32,000 nt of DNA from Stellaceae bacterium (GTDB taxonomy: Bacteria > Pseudomonadota > Alphaproteobacteria > ATCC43930 > CGMCC-115725). Location of the stretch: the NCBI GenBank assembly GCA_035935235.1, contig DASYXG010000465.1:1-32000 (forward strand). The letters run 5' to 3'. The notes under the pieces are model-generated. The model had not been told where the DNA came from. It made no database searches and saw only the letters and a program-made list of their open reading frames with translations. Shown here piece after piece: positions 25,376 to 32,000 of the stretch; position 1 is the stretch's first letter; the number at the start of each line of letters is the position of its first letter. The translations under genes were made by a program, and so were the position numbers.

Positions 25376-26598
25376 GCGACCCGTCGATCTCGGAAATCGG
25401 CGCCGCCGGCGAGGATTTGGCGGGCGCTCCGCATATCCGCAATTTCACGATGAATTTTGGGCCGCAGCATCCCGCCGCGCATGGTGTCATGCGGATGGTG
25501 CTGGAGCTCGATGGCGAGGTTATCGAGCGCGCCGACCCGCATATTGGCTTGCTGCATCGCGGCACCGAGAAGTTGATCGAATACAAGACCTATCTCCAGG
25601 CAATCCCCTATTTCGACCGGCTCGATTACGTCTCGCCAATGTGCCAGGAGCACGCCTTTGCCCTGGCGGTCGAAAAGCTGATGGGAATCGAGCCGCCGCC
25701 GCGCGCCAAATTTATTCGCGTCCTGTTCGCCGAAATCACCCGCATCCTCAATCATTTGCTGAATGTCTGCGCATTCGGGCTCGACCTCGGTGCGATCACC
25801 CCGTTCCTCTGGGGGTTTGAGGAGCGCGAGCGGCTGATGGAGTTCTATGAGCGCGCCTCCGGCGCGCGGCTTCATGCCAATTACTTCCGGCCGGGCGGTG
25901 TCCATATGGATCTGCCGCCGCGCCTCGTCGACGACATCCTCGCCTTCTGCGAGGCCTTCCCGAAAACGGTCGACGACATCGAAGCCTTGCTGACTGATAA
26001 CCGCATCTTCCGTCGGCGCACGGTCGATATCGGCATCATCAGTGCCGCCGACGCGGCAGATTGGGGGCTCAGCGGCCCGATGCTACGCGCTTCCGGCGTG
26101 CCCTGGGATCTGCGGCGGGCCCAGCCTTACGATGCCTATGGCCAGATCGAGTTTGACGTGCCGATCGGAAAAAACGGCGACTGCTTTGACCGCTACTTGG
26201 TGCGTATCGAAGAGATGCGGCAATCGCTCTGCATTATCAAGCAGGTGCTGGAAAAGCTGCCGGTCGGCCCGATCAAGACCGAGGATCGAAAGGTCGCACC
26301 ACCGCCACGCGCGGTTATGAAGCAGTCGATGGAAGCCCTCATCCACCACTTCAAACTCTATACCGAGGGCTATCACGTTCCGGCGGGCGAGACCTACACG
26401 GCGGTGGAGGCGCCGAAAGGCGAGTTCGGCGTTTTCCTCGTCGCCGACGGCACCAACCGGCCCTATCGCTGCAAGATCCGCGCGCCGGGGTTTGCCTTTC
26501 TGCAGGCGACCGAATTTATGAGCAAAGGCCATATGCTGGCCGATCTGGTCGCGATTGTTGGCTCGATGGACATTGTCTTCGGCGAGATCGACCGATGA
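25372..26598 (+). CDS. nuoD: NADH-quinone oxidoreductase subunit D
   Basis: 408 aa with [26 protein letters not shown] overlap with nuoC. Confidence 0.96.
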   Translation: MSDPSISEIGAAGEDLAGAPHIRNFTMNFGPQHPAAHGVMRMVLELDGEVIERADPHIGLLHRGTEKLIEYKTYLQAIPYFDRLDYVSPMCQEHAFALAVEKLMGIEPPPRAKFIRVLFAEITRILNHLLNVCAFGLDLGAITPFLWGFEERERLMEFYERASGARLHANYFRPGGVHMDLPPRLVDDILAFCEAFPKTVDDIEALLTDNRIFRRRTVDIGIISAADAADWGLSGPMLRASGVPWDLRRAQPYDAYGQIEFDVPIGKNGDCFDRYLVRIEEMRQSLCIIKQVLEKLPVGPIKTEDRKVAPPPRAVMKQSMEALIHHFKLYTEGYHVPAGETYTAVEAPKGEFGVFLVADGTNRPYRCKIRAPGFAFLQATEFMSKGHMLADLVAIVGSMDIVFGEIDR

Positions 26599-27254
26599 GC
26601 CTCCACATCGAAGGGCCGCCGTTCGAGCAACCGATGAGTTTCGAATTCACCGCGGAGAATCTCGAAAAAGCCAGATATCACATCGCCAAATACCCGCCGG
26701 GTAGGCAGGCCAGTGCAGTGCTGCCCCTGCTCGACCTCGCTCAGCGGCAGAGCGGCAATTGGCTACCGAAAGCGGCGATGGACTATGTCGGCGAAGTGCT
26801 CGACATGGCGCCGATCCGTGTCTACGAGGTCGCGACCTTCTACACGATGTTCAACCTCCGACCTGTGGGACGCTGGTTTCTCCAGGCCTGTACGACGACG
26901 CCGTGCTGGCTGCGTGGCTCCGAGGAGGTCCTCGCGGCCTGCAAGAAAAAGCTCGGTATCACGCCGGGCCACACCAGCGTGGACGAACAGTTTACGCTGG
27001 TTGAAGTGGAATGCCTCGGCGCTTGCGTTAACGCGCCGATCCTCCAGGTCAATGACGATTTCTATGAAGACCTCAACGGAGCCTCGACCGAAGCGCTGCT
27101 CGACGCGCTCGCCGCCGGGAAGCCGCCGACAATCGGCTCGGTGAAGGGCCGCCAGGGCTCGATGTCGGAGGCGGGACAGACGACGTTGACTGAACTCGTG
27201 GCGGCACAGAAGCCCGCCAGGACAAGTACCAGGAAGGCCAAGGATGCTGGCTGA
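26595..27254 (+). CDS. nuoE: NADH-quinone oxidoreductase subunit E
   Basis: 219 aa with [20 protein letters not shown] and 2Fe-2S cysteines (CTTTPC, ECLGAC). ATGA overlap with nuoD. An alternative start is at 26634. Confidence 0.93.
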   Translation: MSLHIEGPPFEQPMSFEFTAENLEKARYHIAKYPPGRQASAVLPLLDLAQRQSGNWLPKAAMDYVGEVLDMAPIRVYEVATFYTMFNLRPVGRWFLQACTTTPCWLRGSEEVLAACKKKLGITPGHTSVDEQFTLVEVECLGACVNAPILQVNDDFYEDLNGASTEALLDALAAGKPPTIGSVKGRQGSMSEAGQTTLTELVAAQKPARTSTRKAKDAG

Positions 27255-28533
27255 TAAAGATCGCATCTTCACCAACCTTTACGGCCAGGGTGACTGGCAC
27301 ATCGAGGGTGCAAAAAGCCGTGGCGCCTGGGACGGCACCAAGGAGATCATCCTCAAGGGCCGGGACTGGATCGTCCAGGAGATCAAGGATTCTGGCTTGC
27401 GTGGCCGTGGCGGTGCCGGGTTTCCAACCGGGCTCAAATGGTCGTTCATGCCAAAGGAGAGCGACCGGCCCTGCTACCTCGTCGTCAATGCCGATGAGAG
27501 CGAACCGGGCACCTGCAAGGACCGCGATATCCTCCGATGGGATCCGCACAAGCTGGTCGAGGGTTGCCTTCTAGCCGGGGTTGGGATGGGGTGTCAGGCC
27601 GGCTACATCTATATCCGCGGTGAATTTTATAACGAGGCGCGACACCTCCAGACGGCGATCGAGGAAGCCTACGACGCCGGGTATCTCGGCAAGAACGCCT
27701 GCGGCTCGGGATACGATTTCGAGCTCTACCTGCATCGCGGCGCCGGCGCTTATATCTGCGGCGAAGAAACGGGCCTCCTGGAAAGCCTTGAGGGGCGCAA
27801 GGGTCAACCGCGTCTCAAACCGCCATTCCCGGCCGCGGTCGGACTCTATGGCTGCCCGTCGACGGTCAACAATGTCGAGACCATCGCGGTTGCCCCCGAT
27901 ATCCTGAAGCGGGGCGCGAAGTGGTTCGCCGGCATCGGTCGCGAACGCAACACCGGAACGAAAATCTTCTGCATTTCCGGGCATGTGAACGCGCCATGCA
28001 ATGTCGAAGAAGCGATGTCGATCCCGATGCGGGAATTGATCGAGCGTCATGCCGGCGGGGTGCGCGGTGGCTGGGATAATCTCCTCGCGGTGATCCCCGG
28101 AGGCTCCTCCACTCCCTGCCTGCCGGCCTCGACGTGTGGCGAAGTGCTGATGGATTTCGACAGCCTTGCCGCGCAGAGGTCGGGGCTTGGAACGGCGGCG
28201 CTCATCGTCATGGACAAGTCGACCGATATCGTCCGCGCGATCGCCCGCCTCTCGGCCTTCTACAAGCATGAGAGCTGTGGCCAGTGCACCCCCTGCCGCG
28301 AAGGCCTCGGCTGGGTCTGGCGCGTTATGGAGCGCATGGTCAAGGGCGACGCGACGGTCGAGGAGCTCGACATGCTCCAGGAGATCACGACCGAGATCGA
28401 AGGTCACACGATCTGCGCACTGGCCGACGGGGCAGTGTGGCCGGTTCAAGGACTTATCCGCCACTTCAAGCCCGAAATGCAGCGCCGCATCGCCGAATAC
28501 CGCGCGGTCGCCTCGCGCCAGGCCGCGGAGTAG
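27244..28533 (+). CDS. nuoF: NADH-quinone oxidoreductase subunit F
   Basis: 429 aa with [22 protein letters not shown] and [12 protein letters not shown]. Confidence 0.97.
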   Translation: MLADKDRIFTNLYGQGDWHIEGAKSRGAWDGTKEIILKGRDWIVQEIKDSGLRGRGGAGFPTGLKWSFMPKESDRPCYLVVNADESEPGTCKDRDILRWDPHKLVEGCLLAGVGMGCQAGYIYIRGEFYNEARHLQTAIEEAYDAGYLGKNACGSGYDFELYLHRGAGAYICGEETGLLESLEGRKGQPRLKPPFPAAVGLYGCPSTVNNVETIAVAPDILKRGAKWFAGIGRERNTGTKIFCISGHVNAPCNVEEAMSIPMRELIERHAGGVRGGWDNLLAVIPGGSSTPCLPASTCGEVLMDFDSLAAQRSGLGTAALIVMDKSTDIVRAIARLSAFYKHESCGQCTPCREGLGWVWRVMERMVKGDATVEELDMLQEITTEIEGHTICALADGAVWPVQGLIRHFKPEMQRRIAEYRAVASRQAAE

Positions 28534-28536
28534 CAG

Positions 28537-30597
28537 ATGCCCAAGCTCACGATCGACGGCCAGGAAGTCGAGGTGCCTGGCGGCACAACGGTGCTCCAGG
28601 CGTGTCAGAGCATCGGTGTCGAGATTTCCCATTTTTGCTTCCACGAGCGGCTCGCCATAGCCGGCAATTGCCGCATGTGCCTGGTCGAGCAGGAGCGCGC
28701 GCCAAAGCCGATCGCCTCCTGTGCAATGCCCGTCGCCGACGGCATGGTCATCCATACCCAGTCGGAAAGGGCCAAGAAGGCCCGTCACGGCGTCATGGAA
28801 ATGCTGCTGATCAACCACCCGCTCGATTGCCCGATCTGCGATCAGGGCGGGGAATGCGACCTGCAGGACCAGGCGATGGCCTACGGTTTCGACCGCGGCC
28901 GCTACCAGGAGAGCAAGCGCGCAGTCGAGGACAAGGATTTTGGGCCGCTGGTCGCTACCAGCATGACCCGCTGCATCCATTGCACGCGGTGCATCCGCTT
29001 TCTTACCGACGTCGCTGGGGTTGAGGAGTTGGGTGCAACCGGGCGCGGCGAGGATATGGAGATCGGCACCTATATCGAGCGTGCCCTGGGCTCTGAACTC
29101 AGCGGCAACATCATCGATTTGTGCCCCGTCGGCGCACTGACCTCGAAGCCCTATGCGTTCAACGCGCGACCTTGGGAATTACACAAGACCGAGAGCATCG
29201 ACGTGCTTGACGCGGTCGGCAGCAATATCCGCGTCGATGCCCGCGATGCGCGCATCTTGCGGGTGCTGCCGCGGCTGAATGAGACGGTCAATGAGGAATG
29301 GATTTCCGACAAGACGCGATTCGCGGTCGATGGGTTGGTGAGGCGGCGGCTCGACCGGCCCTATATCCGGCGCGGCGGCAAGCTGGTCGAGGCCGAGTGG
29401 GGCGAGGCCTTGGATTTGGTTGCCGAGCGCCTCAAGTCGACCCCGGGCGAGCGGATTGCGGCGATCGCCGGTGATCTTTGCGACGTCGAGGCGATGTACT
29501 CGCTGAAAACCTTGCTAAGCGGACTCGGTTCGACGAGCCTCGATTGCCGACAGGACGGCGCCAAGCTCGATGCGAGTTGCCGCGCCGGCTATTTGTTCAA
29601 CACGACGATCTCCGGGATCGAGCAAGCAGATGCCGTTCTGCTGGTCGGTAGCAATCCCCGCTGGGAAGCCCCCATCGTCAACGCGCGGCTGCGCAAACGC
29701 TATCTCCAGGGCGGGTTCAAGCTCGCTGCCATCGGGCCGACGCTCGATTTGACCTTCCCTGTTGAGGTACTGGGTGAGGGTGGCGAGACCCTGACCTCGC
29801 TCGGCAATCACGCGTTTGCCGAAAAGCTTCGCGGCGCGAAGGCACCGATGCTGATTTTGGGGCAGGGCGCGCTCGCCCGCTCGGACGGCGCGCAGGTGCT
29901 CGGCGCGGCGCGGGCGCTGGCCGAGAGCCTCGGCATGATCCGCGACGATTGGAATGGCTTCAATGTGCTGCACCGCGCGGCGGCGCGGGTCGGCGGCCTC
30001 GATCTCGGCTTCCTGCCGGGGCCTGGCGGACGCGACGTCGCCGGGATAATCACCGGCTGTGCCTCGGGCGATATCAGCGTCCTCTATCTGCTCGGCGCTG
30101 ACGAGCTCGATCTTACGAATTCCGGCTCCGCCTTCGTGGTCTACCAGGGCCACCATGGTGACCGCGGCGCGGCGTGCGCGGACGTGGTGCTGCCCGGCGC
30201 CGCCTACACCGAAAAGGATGCCACCTATGTGAATACCGAAGGCCGGGCACAGCTCGGTCGCCGCGCGGTTTTTCCGCCGGGAGCGGCACGTGAAGACTGG
30301 ACCATTTTGCGGGCATTGTCGGGTGCGCTCGGCAAGCCGCTGCCATTCGACTCATTGCGCGATCTGCGTCAACAAATGCGTGCCGCACACCCGACGTTGG
30401 GCGAGATCGACATGACCGCGAAGGCGACATGGGGCGCTTTCGGCACGGTCGGCCCGATCGCGGCGACAGCGTTTGCCTATCCGATCGCCGACTTCTACAA
30501 GACCGACCCGATCAGCCGCGCCAGCCCGACAATGGTCGAATGCAGCGGACTCTTCGGGGCTGGCGCTGGCGCGAGGCGGACCGGCACGCATGGGTGA
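28537..30597 (+). CDS. nuoG: NADH-quinone oxidoreductase subunit G
   Basis: 686 aa. N-terminal 2Fe-2S/4Fe-4S motifs: [47 protein letters not shown]. Confidence 0.97.
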   Translation: MPKLTIDGQEVEVPGGTTVLQACQSIGVEISHFCFHERLAIAGNCRMCLVEQERAPKPIASCAMPVADGMVIHTQSERAKKARHGVMEMLLINHPLDCPICDQGGECDLQDQAMAYGFDRGRYQESKRAVEDKDFGPLVATSMTRCIHCTRCIRFLTDVAGVEELGATGRGEDMEIGTYIERALGSELSGNIIDLCPVGALTSKPYAFNARPWELHKTESIDVLDAVGSNIRVDARDARILRVLPRLNETVNEEWISDKTRFAVDGLVRRRLDRPYIRRGGKLVEAEWGEALDLVAERLKSTPGERIAAIAGDLCDVEAMYSLKTLLSGLGSTSLDCRQDGAKLDASCRAGYLFNTTISGIEQADAVLLVGSNPRWEAPIVNARLRKRYLQGGFKLAAIGPTLDLTFPVEVLGEGGETLTSLGNHAFAEKLRGAKAPMLILGQGALARSDGAQVLGAARALAESLGMIRDDWNGFNVLHRAAARVGGLDLGFLPGPGGRDVAGIITGCASGDISVLYLLGADELDLTNSGSAFVVYQGHHGDRGAACADVVLPGAAYTEKDATYVNTEGRAQLGRRAVFPPGAAREDWTILRALSGALGKPLPFDSLRDLRQQMRAAHPTLGEIDMTAKATWGAFGTVGPIAATAFAYPIADFYKTDPISRASPTMVECSGLFGAGAGARRTGTHG

Positions 30598-31624
30598 TTT
30601 TCTCCGGCTCTACGCGCTACCGACGGCGGTTCTCGTCGCGGAGATCCTGGCGATCATCCTGCCGCTGCTGCTGGCGATCGCCTACTACACCTACGCCGAG
30701 CGCAAGGTGCTGGCGGCGTCTCAGCTGCGCAAGGGTCCCAACGTCGTCGGCCCCTTCGGGCTCTTTCAGCCGCTCGCCGATGGGCTGAAATTGCTGATGA
30801 AAGAGACCGTGGTGCCGAGCGGCGCCAATCGTATCGTTTTCGTCGCTGCGCCGATGATCACATTCACCCTGGCGCTCGTCGCCTGGGCAGTGATTCCGTT
30901 CGATGTCGGGGTGGTCATCTCCAACATCAATGTCGGCATCCTCTACCTCTTTGCGATCAGCTCGCTATCGGTCTACGGCATCATCATGGCGGGTTGGGCA
31001 TCGAATTCGCGATACGCGTTCCTAGGTGCGCTGCGCTCCGCGGCCCAGATGGTGTCTTACGAGGTCTCGATCGGCTTTGTCCTGGTGACGGTGCTGCTTT
31101 GCGCTGGGTCGCTGAACTTGACTGCGATTGTGGAGGCGCAGAGCCATCTATGGCTGGGATTTATCCCTGGCTGGTTTGTCATTCCGCTGTTGCCGATGTT
31201 TATCGTGTTCTTTGTCTCGGGCCTGGCCGAGACAAACCGGCCGCCATTCGACATGCCCGAAGATGAAGCGACACTGGTGGCCGGCTATTTCGTCGAATAT
31301 TCGGCGATGAGCTTTGGGCTCTTCTTCCTTGGCGAATACGGCAACATGATCCTGATGAGCGCAATGACCAGCATCCTATTCTTGGGAGGTTGGCTGTCGC
31401 CCATACCCCTTGAGCCGTTCACCTGGTTGCCGGGTTGGTTTTGGCTACTTACCAAAATTGCTTTCGTCATGTTCTGCTTTTTGTGGGTGCGCGCGACGTT
31501 CCCGCGCTTTCGCTACGACCAGCTGATGCGGCTCGGGTGGAAGGTATTCCTGCCGTTGTCGCTGTTCTGGCTGGTGCTGACTGCGGGCCTTCTGACCGCG
31601 TTCGGCTGGGTCCCGAGTCATTGA
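30590..31624 (+). CDS. nuoH: NADH-quinone oxidoreductase subunit H
   Basis: 344 aa from the ATG at 30590, an 8-nt overlap with nuoG. It has [30 protein letters not shown]. The track start at 30473 lies inside nuoG. Confidence 0.95.
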   Translation: MGDFLRLYALPTAVLVAEILAIILPLLLAIAYYTYAERKVLAASQLRKGPNVVGPFGLFQPLADGLKLLMKETVVPSGANRIVFVAAPMITFTLALVAWAVIPFDVGVVISNINVGILYLFAISSLSVYGIIMAGWASNSRYAFLGALRSAAQMVSYEVSIGFVLVTVLLCAGSLNLTAIVEAQSHLWLGFIPGWFVIPLLPMFIVFFVSGLAETNRPPFDMPEDEATLVAGYFVEYSAMSFGLFFLGEYGNMILMSAMTSILFLGGWLSPIPLEPFTWLPGWFWLLTKIAFVMFCFLWVRATFPRFRYDQLMRLGWKVFLPLSLFWLVLTAGLLTAFGWVPSH

Positions 31625-31694
31625 ACGACTCACTCGCCTTAGGGCGCGTTGACAGGGGGAGGCGCGGCTCTATGGTGACGCTGAGGTATTGCCG

Positions 31695-32000
31695 ATGAAT
31701 TTCCTGGCGCGCAGCGCGCGCGGCCTGTTGTTGACCGAGCTGATTTCGGGCATGGCGCTGACCTTGCGCTACATGTTCAAGCAGCCGGTCACGGTCAACT
31801 ACCCCTATGAAAAGGGCCCGCTCAGCTCGCGCTTTCGCGGCGAGCACGCATTGCGCCGCTATCCGAATGGCGAGGAGCGCTGCATCGCCTGCAAATTGTG
31901 CGAGGCGATCTGCCCGGCGCTGGCGATCACCATCGAGGCCGAGCCGCGTGAGGACGGCAGCCGCCGTACGACCCGCTACGATATCGACATGACCAAGTGC
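31695..32000 (+). CDS. nuoI: NADH-quinone oxidoreductase subunit I, 5' part (truncated by the window edge)
   Basis: My own translation from the ATG at 31695 gives [102 protein letters not shown]. It is absent from the ORF track because it has no stop. Confidence 0.93.
   Translation, partial: MNFLARSARGLLLTELISGMALTLRYMFKQPVTVNYPYEKGPLSSRFRGEHALRRYPNGEERCIACKLCEAICPALAITIEAEPREDGSRRTTRYDIDMTKC

Overview
High-GC chromosomal segment with an alphaproteobacterial gene order. It is dominated by conserved housekeeping blocks. These are gyrA-coaD (3.8-7.1 kb), nnr plus malonyl-CoA decarboxylase (13.7-16.7 kb), tRNA-Leu-tig-clpP-clpX-lon-hupB-tRNA-Val-tRNA-Asp (16.7-23.7 kb), and the complex I operon nuoA-nuoI (23.8 kb to the right edge, nuoI truncated). 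Two patches look accessory. Patch 1 (1-3600) holds a LysR fragment, a DUF1127 gene, an overlapping micro-ORF, a CmcJ-like oxygenase, an MDR quinone oxidoreductase, an NTF2-like gene, a Cys-rich secreted mini-protein and an orphan small ORF. Patch 2 (7170-13600) holds a ZIP transporter, an HpaB-family oxygenase, a DMT permease, a small ORF, a 455-aa fusion protein, a small glutamate-type dehydrogenase and tRNA-His. I saw no transposase, integrase, CRISPR array, rRNA or obvious prophage. The best candidate for an uncharacterised system is the single gene at 10921-12288. Its N-terminus resembles a nucleoside 2-deoxyribosyltransferase/DNPH1-type domain and its C-terminus resembles the helical-repeat regulatory region of ASK-type MAP3Ks (DUF4071-like). 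A small ORF and a sigma-54-like promoter element lie upstream of it. All product calls rest on reading the translations and recognising motifs; no database search was run. Most long minus-strand ORFs in the track are high-GC shadow ORFs and were discarded.
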